From assembly GCA_025349965.1 (NCBI GenBank), contig CP075337.1, positions 270,001-302,000 on the forward strand: DNA of 32,000 bases, written 5' to 3'. This DNA is from Candidatus Saccharimonadota bacterium (GTDB lineage Bacteria; Patescibacteriota; Saccharimonadia; Saccharimonadales; Saccharimonadaceae). Below are positions 15,672 to 25,568 of the stretch, piece after piece. The stretch's first letter is position 1; each line of letters begins with the position of its first letter. Both the position numbers and the translations under genes were made by a program. Under the pieces are notes generated by a model. That model searched no databases, was not told the DNA's origin, and saw nothing but the letters and a program-made list of their open reading frames with translations.

Positions 15672-16694
15672 ATGAGTATGTCAGTAGTAGAAATTGAGAG
15701 TGTGAAGCAGGAGCTTCTTTTGAAAGTCGCCGTGAGTGATACGCCGCGTGATATTTTAAAGGCTCCAGAAATAAAGGCGCTCTACGCGCAAATCGGGTCG
15801 TTAGACCCAAGTGAGAAGGCGGCATTTGGTAAGCAGGTGAATGAGGTGCGCATTGCGCTTGAGCAGGCTATCCTAGATCGTGAAGAGGCGCTTGAAGCGG
15901 TGGACGTTGTGCCACTTGATATCACCGCGCCATGGGCTGCAAATGAAAAACAACCCGAACTTTTGCCGGTTGAGTTTGGGTCAGCCCATCCAATCAGTCA
16001 AGAGATTAATGTGATTGTTGATATCTTTACCCGTATGGGATTTGAAGCAATTGAATCTCGGCAGATTGATGATGATCACCATATGTTTGGAGCACTCAAT
16101 TTCCCTAAAGACCACCCTGCCCGTGACGGGTATGACACCTTCCGTACTGAAGAAGGCTTTATTCCTCCTGCACACACTTCTACAATGCAACACCGAATTC
16201 TTAAAGAGGGTAAGGCAAAACTTGAACAAGGCGGTACTATTGCATCCATTAGCTATGGGCGCGTTTTCCGTAACGAGGACGTGGATGCGACGCATGAACA
16301 TACCTTCTACCAGTGCGAGGGTGTGTTTGTGAGTACAGACGCAACGCTTGGCCAGATGCTCGGTACACTTCGTTCATTTTTTGAGTCCTACTATGGGCAG
16401 GCACTTCGCATTAAGACGCAGCCGGGCTATTTCCCGTTTGTTGAACCAGGCCTTGAGTTTGCCATTGAGAAGCCCGCATCTATTGGTGGAAAGCCGGGTG
16501 ACTGGCTTGAAATGCTTGGTTGCGGCATGATTCACCCGAATGTCCTAAAAGAGGCAGGGATTGACCCAACGAAGTATCAAGGCTTTGCTTTTGGTGGTGG
16601 AGTTGAGCGATTGATTATGCTGAAGTACGGTATTGAAGATTTGCGCCATTTTGAATCAGCTCGATTGGCATTTTTGAGGAAGTTTGCACTATGA
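15672..16694 (+). CDS. pheS: Phenylalanyl-tRNA synthetase alpha subunit
   Basis: Class II motifs are present: HPARDGYDTF, FRNEDVDATHEHTFYQCEG and GFAFGGGVERL. TGcTACACT (15660-15668) lies only 3 nt before the ATG at 15672 and 9 nt before the in-frame ATG at 15678. The real start may therefore be 15678. Confidence 0.95.
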   Translation: MSMSVVEIESVKQELLLKVAVSDTPRDILKAPEIKALYAQIGSLDPSEKAAFGKQVNEVRIALEQAILDREEALEAVDVVPLDITAPWAANEKQPELLPVEFGSAHPISQEINVIVDIFTRMGFEAIESRQIDDDHHMFGALNFPKDHPARDGYDTFRTEEGFIPPAHTSTMQHRILKEGKAKLEQGGTIASISYGRVFRNEDVDATHEHTFYQCEGVFVSTDATLGQMLGTLRSFFESYYGQALRIKTQPGYFPFVEPGLEFAIEKPASIGGKPGDWLEMLGCGMIHPNVLKEAGIDPTKYQGFAFGGGVERLIMLKYGIEDLRHFESARLAFLRKFAL

Positions 16695-19180
16695 TTATCT
16701 CTGTAAATTGGTTGAAGCAGTTTGTCGACATTGATATGCCGATTGATGAGCTTGTCACGCTTATTGGCGAGCGACTTGTTGAGGTTGAGGGTACTGAAGA
16801 CCTCGCTGAAAAGTATAAAGACGTTGTAGTAGCGAAGATTATTTCTGCCGAAAGGGTAGAGGGATCTGACCACCTTTCACTCTTATGGATTGATGATAGT
16901 GGTGTAGTCCAGGACGTTGACCGCAACGAAGAAGGTTATGTACAGGTGGTGTGCGGTGCGCCAAATGTACGCAAGGATTTACTTGTAGCATGGCTTCCGC
17001 CAAAGTGCGTTGTGCCGGAGACATTCGGTTCGGACGAGCCATTCGTACTATCTGCTCGTCCACTTATGGGGCACGTGAGTAATGGAATGATTGCAAGCGC
17101 CCGTGAGCTCGATCTGTATGATGAACATGATGGAATTTTGGAAATTGATAAAGATGCAGCTGCAGGAAGTTCATTCGCTGAACTTTATGACCTGAACGAC
17201 ACGTTAATTGATATTGAGAATAAGTCGCTGACACACCGTCCTGATGCTTTTGGTGTGATTGGGTTTGCTCGTGAGGTTGCGGGTATTCAAGGAAAGCGCT
17301 TCGAGACTCCTGAGTGGTTAAAAGATACGGGCACTACACTTGGTGCTCACGTGGAGGGTTTTACGGCACCGCGTATTTATATTGAAGATGCTGGTCTATC
17401 AAAGCGCTTCCAGATGATTGTGCTTGATGGAGTTCGCGAGGATATGGCTTCGAGCGTGCAGATGCAAACCTATCTTGCGCGTTCGGGTGTGCGTCCAGTA
17501 AACGCAATGGTAGATATTTCAAATTACCTCATGCTTTTGACTGGTCAGCCGACACACATGTATGATTACGACAAATTGAAGGCTGTTGCTGGTGACACCT
17601 TTACGGTTGGCGTTCGCCTTGCGCGTCAAGATGAGACACTGACACTTCTTGATGGCAAAGAAATCACCATGGATGCTTCAGATATTGTCATTACGGCGGG
17701 CGATACTGCAATTGGGTTGGCGGGTATTATGGGCGGACAAAGCACTGCAACTGACGCTACGACAAAAACTGTTGCACTTGAGGTTGCAACGTTCGACCTC
17801 TATCATATGCGTTCATCACAAATGCGTCATGGAATTTTTTCTGAAGCAGTCACACGTTATACAAAGGGTGTTCCGGCTGAACTTGGCCGTCCAGTGCTGA
17901 ATAAGACGGTGGGGATGGTTGAAGAGCATTTTGGGGCTCGAGTGGTGAGCGAAACGGTGGATGAATACGTAGGCGAGACCACTATTGAAGAGATTGGTAT
18001 TGATAGCGAACGTGTCAACGCACTGCTCGGTACTCAATTTAGCGCCGAAGACATCGCGTCACTACTTGATAATGTTGAGTTTAGTGTGTCATTTAATGCT
18101 GACCGCAAGGGACGTGTAACAGTACCGTACTGGCGCAATGATATCCATATTCCAGAAGATATTATTGAAGAAGTTGGGCGTCTTTCGGGCTTTGATTCTA
18201 TTAATGCTACAATGCCAAGCCGTGACTTTACGGCCGTACATCCAACGCGCTTTGATGATGTGCGCAATATTCTGCGTCAAGCGCTTGTAAAGTCGGGACT
18301 TAACGAAGTGCTGACCTATAGCTTTGTCCACGGTGATCTTCTTAAGAGGGCGGGGCAGCGTCTAGAAAATTCCTACCGAATTACAAACAGTATTAGCCCA
18401 GATCTTCAGTATTATCGTCAAAGTCTTACACCAAGCCTCTTGCAGCATATCAATCCAAATATTCGTCTTGGCTATGGTCAGTTCGGCATCTTTGAGTTTA
18501 ACAAAGTGCACGAGAAAAGCTCTGGTCTTACTGACGAGTCTGTGCCACTAGAGAAAAACTCGGTCGCATTGATTCTTGCTGATGCGAAGAATACATCACG
18601 GACAGCTTACTACCAAGCTAAGTATGTACTTGAATACATGCTCAAGGCGATTGGAGTGACGGTTCAATTCTTACCGCTTGAAGGTGATATTGACGAAGCT
18701 CGCGCATCTGTCTTTGAGCCGAAGCGAAGTGCGCGGGTGGCAACACGTGACGGTGTGACCATCGGTGTTATTGGTGAATATAAAGCATCAATGAGTAAAA
18801 CATTCAAGCTTCCTGCTTTTGCGGCAGGGTTTGAGCTTTCTGTTGATGAGCTTGTTGAGTGCGCCGCGGCAGTACCGGTTCACTACTCATCGGTGAGTCG
18901 CTATCCGGGCATGGAGCGCGATGTATGTTTCAAGGTTCCTCAAGAGGCCTCATACGCACAGATTATTGAAGCTGCCGAGAGTGTTTTGGGCGATATTGCC
19001 CTAGAGACGAGCATTGCACCACTTGATATTTATCAGCCAGAAGATGGTGAGACAAAGAATATTACAGTACGGATTAATGCGGTGTCGCACGAGAAGACGA
19101 TGACAACTGAAGAGATGACGGCTGTAGTTGATGCAGTAATAAGTAAGGTGACTGAAGTAACGCACGGGGAGGTAGTGTAA
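16691..19180 (+). CDS. pheT: Phenylalanyl-tRNA synthetase beta subunit
   Basis: 829-aa ORF with the PheT N-terminus MIISVNWLKQFVD, a tRNA-binding (OB) domain, and a domain order of the B3/4, B5 and FDX-ACB type. A 4-nt ATGA overlap links it to pheS. Confidence 0.95.
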   Translation: MIISVNWLKQFVDIDMPIDELVTLIGERLVEVEGTEDLAEKYKDVVVAKIISAERVEGSDHLSLLWIDDSGVVQDVDRNEEGYVQVVCGAPNVRKDLLVAWLPPKCVVPETFGSDEPFVLSARPLMGHVSNGMIASARELDLYDEHDGILEIDKDAAAGSSFAELYDLNDTLIDIENKSLTHRPDAFGVIGFAREVAGIQGKRFETPEWLKDTGTTLGAHVEGFTAPRIYIEDAGLSKRFQMIVLDGVREDMASSVQMQTYLARSGVRPVNAMVDISNYLMLLTGQPTHMYDYDKLKAVAGDTFTVGVRLARQDETLTLLDGKEITMDASDIVITAGDTAIGLAGIMGGQSTATDATTKTVALEVATFDLYHMRSSQMRHGIFSEAVTRYTKGVPAELGRPVLNKTVGMVEEHFGARVVSETVDEYVGETTIEEIGIDSERVNALLGTQFSAEDIASLLDNVEFSVSFNADRKGRVTVPYWRNDIHIPEDIIEEVGRLSGFDSINATMPSRDFTAVHPTRFDDVRNILRQALVKSGLNEVLTYSFVHGDLLKRAGQRLENSYRITNSISPDLQYYRQSLTPSLLQHINPNIRLGYGQFGIFEFNKVHEKSSGLTDESVPLEKNSVALILADAKNTSRTAYYQAKYVLEYMLKAIGVTVQFLPLEGDIDEARASVFEPKRSARVATRDGVTIGVIGEYKASMSKTFKLPAFAAGFELSVDELVECAAAVPVHYSSVSRYPGMERDVCFKVPQEASYAQIIEAAESVLGDIALETSIAPLDIYQPEDGETKNITVRINAVSHEKTMTTEEMTAVVDAVISKVTEVTHGEVV

Positions 19181-19845
19181 TGTCAACGACAAAAGGACAG
19201 CGAATCGGTATTTGGGTAATTGTAATCTTTATGGTTGTCGGTACGATTGGATCGTTTGCGATGATTGCGCTCGCAAATAAAAATGATGCAGCGGATACGG
19301 CTCGACGCCAAGAATTAGAGGCGAAGTACCAGAAAGAATACGACGCATATCAGGCGAAAAAGACAGCTCAAGATACTGAACTTTCAAATAAGTACTTTGC
19401 GACTTTTTCACAGTATAAAGACAAAGTTTCAACTTTTGACACTGCTTCTGTAAAAGAACTTGGCAAAGAAGATCTTGTGGTGGGCGAGGGGACCGAACTT
19501 ACACCTGACTCAAGCTTCACCGCGTACTACCTCGGGTGGACGCCAGACGGAAAGATTTTTGATGGATCAATTGATGGTGAGAAGTTAAAAGCACCATTTT
19601 CTGTTGCACCAGGTTCAGTGATTAAGGGCTGGAGTGAGGGTGTTGTTGGTATGAAGACTGGTGGCGTACGTCTTCTCACTATTCCTTCTGATAAGGCCTA
19701 CGGAGAGTCGGGCAGTGGGGATTCTATCCCACCAAATACACCACTCCGATTTGTTGTTATGGTCATTCCAACGCCCGAGGTGATTGCGGAACCATCCATT
19801 CCAGAAGAGCTCTATAGGTTTTATCAAAACCAGGGGATGATGTAA
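19180..19845 (+). CDS. Membrane-anchored FKBP-type peptidyl-prolyl cis-trans isomerase
   Basis: N-terminal TM helix (IGIWVIVIFMVVGTIGSFAMIAL). FKBP core: YYLGWTPDGKIFDGS, VIKGWSEGVVGMKTGGVRLLTIPSDKAYG and IPPNTPLRFVV. A TAATG overlap links it to pheT. Confidence 0.9.
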   Translation: MSTTKGQRIGIWVIVIFMVVGTIGSFAMIALANKNDAADTARRQELEAKYQKEYDAYQAKKTAQDTELSNKYFATFSQYKDKVSTFDTASVKELGKEDLVVGEGTELTPDSSFTAYYLGWTPDGKIFDGSIDGEKLKAPFSVAPGSVIKGWSEGVVGMKTGGVRLLTIPSDKAYGESGSGDSIPPNTPLRFVVMVIPTPEVIAEPSIPEELYRFYQNQGMM

Positions 19846-20789
19846 TGACCGAAGTGATTCGCGATGTCTTGATGGTCGGCACGGGTCCAAGTGCACTGAC
19901 CGCGGCAATATACACAACGCGCGAAGATATTGATACTATTCTTTATGAGCGCGCTACTATTGGCGGACTTGCTGCGACAACAGACATGATTGATAACTAC
20001 CCTGGATTCCCAGAGGGTGTTCCGGGGATGGAGTTGGCTGAAAAGTTTGAAAAGCAAGTAGCGCGTTTTGGTGCCCAGATTGATTTTGGTGACATCTCTT
20101 CCGTGAAAAGAGAGGATGAATACCTCGTGGTTGAGGTTGACGGCCAGCCCGTGAAAACCCGTTCTGTGCTTATTGCAACTGGAAGTGATTATAAGAAGCT
20201 TGGCATTCCTGGTGAAGCAGAACTATACGGTCGTGGCGCGCACTACTGTGCAACCTGTGACGGTGCCTTCTACAAGGAAAAGAAGCTTGCTGTTGTTGGT
20301 GGTGGTAATTCTGCGGTTCAGGAGGCAATCTTCCTCACGCGGTACGCTTCTCATATTGATTTACTTGTACGCAGCTCTGTAAAGGCAAGTGAAGTACTGC
20401 AAGAAGATTTGCAGAAATATGTTGACGCAGGAAAGATTACGGTTCATCTTGAGACGAAGCCGCTTGAAATTACTGAAGAGGGTGGACGTGCTTCAGGTGT
20501 AATTATTGAAGGTCCTGAAGGAACTCAGACGCTCAATGTTGATGCGGTTTTCGTTTTTGTGGGGCTTATTCCGAACAGTGGATTTCTTAAAGATTCCGAC
20601 GTAACGCTTGATGAAACCGGTTTAGTTGTAACAAACGAACGGTTTGAGACTTCTATGCCAGGTGTCTTTGCGAGTGGTGATGTTCGGAGCGGTGCTGTAC
20701 GTCAGGTTGTTAGTGCTGCCGGCGAAGGTGCTGCTGTTGCCCTGACAATTCGTGAATACATCGACGACCTAAAGCGTCGTGGTCTATAG
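19845..20789 (+). CDS. trxB: Thioredoxin-disulfide reductase
   Basis: FAD motif VGTGPSALTAAIY, redox centre CATCDG and NADPH motif VVGGGNSAVQEA. A TAATG overlap links it to the FKBP gene. Confidence 0.93.
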   Translation: MTEVIRDVLMVGTGPSALTAAIYTTREDIDTILYERATIGGLAATTDMIDNYPGFPEGVPGMELAEKFEKQVARFGAQIDFGDISSVKREDEYLVVEVDGQPVKTRSVLIATGSDYKKLGIPGEAELYGRGAHYCATCDGAFYKEKKLAVVGGGNSAVQEAIFLTRYASHIDLLVRSSVKASEVLQEDLQKYVDAGKITVHLETKPLEITEEGGRASGVIIEGPEGTQTLNVDAVFVFVGLIPNSGFLKDSDVTLDETGLVVTNERFETSMPGVFASGDVRSGAVRQVVSAAGEGAAVALTIREYIDDLKRRGL

Positions 20790-20791
20790 AT

Positions 20792-21790
20792 TTATTTGTG
20801 AATCTTCTTATAGAAAGACTCGAGCTGCTTAATTATACTCTCATCTGCTGTTTCAATAGCAACTTCACGCGTACCTAAAAGAACACCTGTGTAGGCAAAG
20901 TTATGTGAACCGCTAATAGCGCGCTTCGTTCCATCTGGCAGTGTAAAGATAATGCATTTTGCGTGAAGGTATTTCTTTTGCGTGTATGCTGTTGCAAGGC
21001 CGCTTATATATTGACTCAATGCAATAACAAAGCGGTTGAGTCCTTCTGCTTGGTTGGTGCGGTTATAGTAAAATTCAGTCGGCTTTTTCTTGAGAATACG
21101 AGCTAGTCTTCCGGTGGGGCAGTATTGTGAAATAAAAACAATGTGCGTTGCTTGTTTGGCGAGTTCACAGGCGCGCCTGTAAATGATAGACTGCCCAATA
21201 AAGCCACCATCAAAGAGGACGTCCATCTGCGGATGTTCGTAGGCGACGCTCGGGTAATTAATTGTTTTGCGCTCCGCGCGAAGGATGCGCTTTTGTTCCT
21301 GGATAAGGCGGTCGGCAAGACGATTATCCGTAAGGGTGAACATGTAATCTTGATTTTTAATACCGCTATTATAGAGATTGACGCCTCCAAAGCTGAAGAT
21401 GATATCATCGATGACGCACCACTTGCTGTGCGTGCGACCATTAAAGTAAGTGAGGCGATTTCGGCCGAGCCATGAAAACTTTACACCAGCCTTTTTGAGC
21501 GCTTTGACCATCTTATTCGTGGCTGATGCGCCAGAGCTGTAGTAGCGGAGTGGAAGAAAGCCATTACTTACTTCGCCGTACGTAAAGACGTCTGCGGCAA
21601 CAATTACTTCTACGCCTCGGTTGGCGGCGGCTTCAAGCTCGGCGATGAATTCATGTGTTTCTTCGTGATCGGCAATAACCATGGAGAGCAAATAAATGCG
21701 TTTTGTTGCACCGCGCGCGGCTTCTGCTGCCGATTTAATATATTCTGATGGAGAGATTAATTTCACTAGTGTTAATTGTAGCACTGTCAC
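20792..21790 (-). CDS. Phospholipase D-family protein with two HKD motifs (cardiolipin/phosphatidyl-transferase-like), no TM helix
   Basis: HKD-1 is HSKWCVIDD...GGVN. HKD-2 is HAKCIIF...SGSHN. The 5' end is uncertain. The track start at 21790 is a GTG with no spaced SD. An in-frame GTG at 21766 lies 8 nt after a TACAAT box. Confidence 0.75.
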   Translation of the reverse strand: MTVLQLTLVKLISPSEYIKSAAEAARGATKRIYLLSMVIADHEETHEFIAELEAAANRGVEVIVAADVFTYGEVSNGFLPLRYYSSGASATNKMVKALKKAGVKFSWLGRNRLTYFNGRTHSKWCVIDDIIFSFGGVNLYNSGIKNQDYMFTLTDNRLADRLIQEQKRILRAERKTINYPSVAYEHPQMDVLFDGGFIGQSIIYRRACELAKQATHIVFISQYCPTGRLARILKKKPTEFYYNRTNQAEGLNRFVIALSQYISGLATAYTQKKYLHAKCIIFTLPDGTKRAISGSHNFAYTGVLLGTREVAIETADESIIKQLESFYKKIHK

Positions 21791-21845
21791 CTCAAAACTG
21801 CTAAAATAAAAGGAGTAAGAATATATTTCAAGGGAGAAATACCAT

Positions 21846-22373
21846 ATGGCACATGCTGAAGTTGGCTACGGTGATGTTGAAAATAATGTCCTGAACGTTA
21901 TTATTGAAATCCGTAAGGGTGAACGTAACAAATATGAATTTGACAAGGAAACTGGACGTCTTTTCCTCGACCGCGTAAACGGAACCTTCCTTGGCTATCC
22001 AGCTGATTACGGCTACATTCCAGAAACACTTTGTGAAGATGGTGACCCACTTGATGCACTGCTTATTATTGATGAGTCAGTGCCACACGGTACTGTTGTG
22101 CCATCACGTCCAATTGGCGTCCTTTACTTTGAAGATGACGGTGAAATGGATGAAAAGCTGATTGTTGTTCCTGCGGACGATATTAGTAAGGATCATATCA
22201 AGGAACTTGATGACCTTGGCGAAGCATTTAAGAAGAATGTTGAGCACTTCTATGCGCACTATAAGGACTGGAAGAAGAACTGGGCTGGTGTTGACGGTAA
22301 ACTCCACGGCTGGGGTGATGCAGCTGCTGCTAAGGAAGTTGTGGCTCAGTCTATTGAGCGCGCCAAGGCGTAA
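21846..22373 (+). CDS. ppa: Inorganic pyrophosphatase (family I)
   Basis: Family I motifs are present: NKYEFDKETG, YGYIPETLCEDGDPLDALL and DEKLIVVP. SD AGGGAG is present. Confidence 0.95.
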   Translation: MAHAEVGYGDVENNVLNVIIEIRKGERNKYEFDKETGRLFLDRVNGTFLGYPADYGYIPETLCEDGDPLDALLIIDESVPHGTVVPSRPIGVLYFEDDGEMDEKLIVVPADDISKDHIKELDDLGEAFKKNVEHFYAHYKDWKKNWAGVDGKLHGWGDAAAAKEVVAQSIERAKA

Positions 22374-22388
22374 GGAATCTTTTTCATT

Positions 22389-22419
22389 AAAAAGCTCCGT
22401 GATTGTAACGGAGCTTTTT
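22389..22419. terminator. Bidirectional rho-independent terminator between ppa and rel
   Basis: Perfect 12-bp stem AAAAAGCTCCGT / ACGGAGCTTTTT with loop GATTGTA. Confidence 0.88.
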
Positions 22420-22430
22420 GGTTGAGCGAC

Positions 22431-23975
22431 TTATGTGTTTTTGCGCCGTGCTTTGTCGCGAATAATCGCTGCAGCATGGCTAATGCCTTCAATGGCACCG
22501 TTCTTGCGCAACTGGGCTTTGAGCTTTGTACGTGCATGAGTTGTCTTCACTAATTCAAGCCAAGATGTTTTTGGTTGAGCGGTCTTGCGCGTCACCACCT
22601 CCACAATATCGCCATTCTGAAGTGGTTTATCGAAAGGCTGAATAGCACCATTCACTTTAAAGCTATGGACATGTTTACCAATGTCGCTATGGACGAGGTA
22701 GGCGAAGTCGAGAGGAAAAGCACCTTCCGGAAGATTATAAATATCACCGCGCGGTGAGTACACAAAGATACGATCATCAAAGAGGTCGATCGAAAGCTGC
22801 TCACGGGGAATTTCCTCACCGTTACCAAGTTTGGTAGCGATTTCTTGTAGTTGCGAGATCCATTGCATGTGCCCTGGTAGTACGGCGGTGCCGTCTTTGC
22901 TCTTGCCTTTGGTGTACGCCTTGGACTTCTTCTGTTCGTTATAGTGGAAACTTGCCGCCAAACCACGTTCAGCGTATTCGTGCATTTTGAAAGTTCTAAT
23001 CTGAAACTCTACAATTTGCTGAGATGGCGTAAGAACAGTAGTATGAAGGCTTTGATAGCCATTTGGTTTTGGAATTGCAATATAGTCTTTAATGCGTGCA
23101 ATCATTGGCTGATATAGCGCATGGAGGATACCAAGAACGCGGTAGCAATCTTCCTTTGTTTCAACAACAACACGAAGCGCCATGAGATCATAAATATCAT
23201 CAATATTACCATCTGTTTTTTTGAGTTTTTTATAGAGACTATAAACACTCTTAACTCGGCCATTAATTTCATTTTCAATCTTATTTTCTTTGAGTGTTTT
23301 TTCTACTTCAGCGCGTACAATCCCAAGTTTACGAGTGCTCTTGCCAAGGCGCTTGCGCATCTGCCCCTGGAGTCGCTTAAATTCAACTGGATCGAGATAG
23401 CTAAAGGCGAGCTCTTCAATTTGTACGCGGACACGACCCATACCGAGACGGTCGGCCATCGGGGCAAATACCTCAAGGCTCTCGCGAGCGATCTTAATCT
23501 GCTTTTCTCGGGTCATGTGTTGGAGTGTCTGAAGATTATGAAGGCGATCGGCAAGCTTAATAATGACAACGCGCACGTCTTGCCCGACAGCAATAAGAAG
23601 CTTTGATAAGTTATCAGTTGTTTGCGGAAGATAATGCATGAGGTCTTGCATGCCAGCACGCGCTTGAGATATTTTTGTAACACCGTCAACAAGAAAAGCA
23701 ACGTCTTTGCCAAAAAGCGACTCTAGCTTTTCAAGCGTAATGTCTGTATCTTCAACTGTGTCATGAAGAACGCCCGCAAGAACCGTATCGATATCCATAC
23801 CCCAATCTATAAGAATAGAGGTTACAGAGAGCGGGTGGATAATATACGGCTCGCCACTTTTGCGCTTTTGGCCTTTGTGCGCTTCGGACGCAACGTCAAT
23901 GGCATGCTCAAGTTCGAGGAGTTGGTCCTTTTCGTAAAACGGCCGAGCGTGGTCTAAAAGCGCAGACTTTTTCAT
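22431..23975 (-). CDS. rel: Bifunctional (p)ppGpp synthetase/hydrolase, RelA/SpoT family, short form (HD + synthetase + TGS only)
   Basis: HD hydrolase motifs HPLSV...GVLHDTVEDT. Synthetase motifs RVKSVYSLYKKL, DLMALRVVV, GYQSLHTTV and EFQIRT. TGS domain IFVYSPRGDIYNLPEGAFPLDFAYLVHSDIG. TATACT lies 6 nt upstream of the ATG on the minus strand (plus coordinates 23982-23987). Confidence 0.93.
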   Translation of the reverse strand: MKKSALLDHARPFYEKDQLLELEHAIDVASEAHKGQKRKSGEPYIIHPLSVTSILIDWGMDIDTVLAGVLHDTVEDTDITLEKLESLFGKDVAFLVDGVTKISQARAGMQDLMHYLPQTTDNLSKLLIAVGQDVRVVIIKLADRLHNLQTLQHMTREKQIKIARESLEVFAPMADRLGMGRVRVQIEELAFSYLDPVEFKRLQGQMRKRLGKSTRKLGIVRAEVEKTLKENKIENEINGRVKSVYSLYKKLKKTDGNIDDIYDLMALRVVVETKEDCYRVLGILHALYQPMIARIKDYIAIPKPNGYQSLHTTVLTPSQQIVEFQIRTFKMHEYAERGLAASFHYNEQKKSKAYTKGKSKDGTAVLPGHMQWISQLQEIATKLGNGEEIPREQLSIDLFDDRIFVYSPRGDIYNLPEGAFPLDFAYLVHSDIGKHVHSFKVNGAIQPFDKPLQNGDIVEVVTRKTAQPKTSWLELVKTTHARTKLKAQLRKNGAIEGISHAAAIIRDKARRKNT

Positions 23976-23992
23976 AGGGGTAGTATACTCTA

Positions 23993-24021
23993 TTGCGAGA
24001 TGATTGGGTAGTGTATATAAT
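23993..24021 (+). promoter_or_regulatory. Sigma70-type promoter for gap
   Basis: TTGCGA (23993-23998), a 17-nt spacer, then TATAAT (24016-24021). The roughly 47-nt leader ends in the SD AAGGGGGA. Confidence 0.6.
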
Positions 24022-24074
24022 AAAGGCTAAGAACTAATGCTTATACAGCGTACGAGAAAGTCTTAAGGGGGACT

Positions 24075-25091
24075 ATGGCAAAAACACGACTTGCAATTAA
24101 TGGATTTGGGCGCATTGGACGCAATGCTTTCAAGCTTGCATTTGACCGAGAAGATTTGGAGGTTATCGCGATCAACGACCTTACAGATACTGCAACGCTT
24201 GCATACCTTCTTCGTAATGACAGTAACTACGGTACATATAAATATGAAGTTGGTCATGATGACACTGGTATCATCGTGAACGGACAGCACGTTGAAGTGA
24301 CTGCCGAGCGTGATCCCGCATCACTTCCATGGGCCGACAAACAGATCGATATTGTTATTGAGTCAACTGGGCGATTTACCGATAGAGAGTCTGCCGAGCT
24401 TCACCTAAAGGCGGGTGCAAAGCGAGTTGTGATTAGTGGTCCAACTAAGAGCGAAGGCGTTGACACGCTTGTACTTGGCGCAAATGAAGATGCCATTGAA
24501 GGCTCAACGCCAGTGGTAAGTAATGCAAGCTGTACAACTAACTCACTTGGTGCGGTGATGGCAGTACTTGATGCTGAATTTGGAGTTGAGAAGTCACTCC
24601 TTACGACCGTCCACAGCTACACTGCAAGTCAGGCGATTCAGGATGCTCCATCTAAGGACCTCCGCGAAGGCCGTAACGCTGCAGAAAACATTGTCCCAAC
24701 AACTACCGGTGCGGCAATTGCAGTAACGAAGACGCTTCCGCAACTTGAAGGGAAGTTTGACGGGCTTAGCATCCGTGTTCCAACCCCTGTTGTTTCAATC
24801 AGCGACGTTACGGTGCTTTTGAGTCGCGATACAACTCCTGAAGAAATTAATGATGTATTCAAGCGCGCGGCGGCAGATCCATTCTACCGTGGTATTCTTG
24901 GCGTCAGCGAAGAACCCCTTGTCAGCCGTGACTACATTGGTAACAGTCACTCAGGTGTTGTTGACCTTCTTCTTACAAAGGTGGTCGATGGCAACCTCGC
25001 TAAAATTATGGTGTGGTACGACAATGAGTGGGGATACTCAAACCGACTTGTTGAGCTTGTTGCGGATATTGCAAAGGGACTTCGAGCGTAG
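24075..25091 (+). CDS. gap: Glyceraldehyde-3-phosphate dehydrogenase
   Basis: NAD motif INGFGRIGR, active site SNASCTTN and WYDNEWGYSNR. Confidence 0.96.
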   Translation: MAKTRLAINGFGRIGRNAFKLAFDREDLEVIAINDLTDTATLAYLLRNDSNYGTYKYEVGHDDTGIIVNGQHVEVTAERDPASLPWADKQIDIVIESTGRFTDRESAELHLKAGAKRVVISGPTKSEGVDTLVLGANEDAIEGSTPVVSNASCTTNSLGAVMAVLDAEFGVEKSLLTTVHSYTASQAIQDAPSKDLREGRNAAENIVPTTTGAAIAVTKTLPQLEGKFDGLSIRVPTPVVSISDVTVLLSRDTTPEEINDVFKRAAADPFYRGILGVSEEPLVSRDYIGNSHSGVVDLLLTKVVDGNLAKIMVWYDNEWGYSNRLVELVADIAKGLRA

Positions 25092-25112
25092 TTTTGCTAT
25101 AAGGGTGGAAAT

Positions 25113-25568
25113 ATGAAATTGTATATAGGGGCAGATCATCAAGGGTATCATCTAAAGGATGAGCTCTTTGCCTATCTTTCAAAGCGTGGCTATGATGTTG
25201 ACTCCGTAGGAGAAGATCAGCTCGATCCGACCGACGACTTTCCTATTTTTGCTCAAGCGGTTGCCTTGAAGGTGCTTGGGAGTGATGATCGTGACCCGCG
25301 CGGAATTCTTCTTTGCGGAAGTGGTCAGGGTATGGCTATGGCTGCTAACCGCTTCCGCGGTATTCGGGCGGGTGTTGTCTGGGATGCGCATGAGGCTAAG
25401 ATGGTGCGTAACGATCTCGATAGTAATGTGCTCTGCTTGCCGGCACGTTTGTTGACCGATGCAGATGACGCTGCATGGGAAGGTATTCTTGAGACATGGC
25501 TTAACACGCCTTTTTCTGGTGCGGTTCGTTTTCGTCGTCGTAATGCCGAATTGGACGGACTTGCATAA
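25113..25568 (+). CDS. rpiB: Ribose-5-phosphate isomerase B (RpiB/LacAB family)
   Basis: 151-aa ORF with the RpiB core GILLCGSGQGMAMAANRFRGIRA and NVLCLPARL. SD AAGGGTGG is present. Confidence 0.9.
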   Translation: MKLYIGADHQGYHLKDELFAYLSKRGYDVDSVGEDQLDPTDDFPIFAQAVALKVLGSDDRDPRGILLCGSGQGMAMAANRFRGIRAGVVWDAHEAKMVRNDLDSNVLCLPARLLTDADDAAWEGILETWLNTPFSGAVRFRRRNAELDGLA

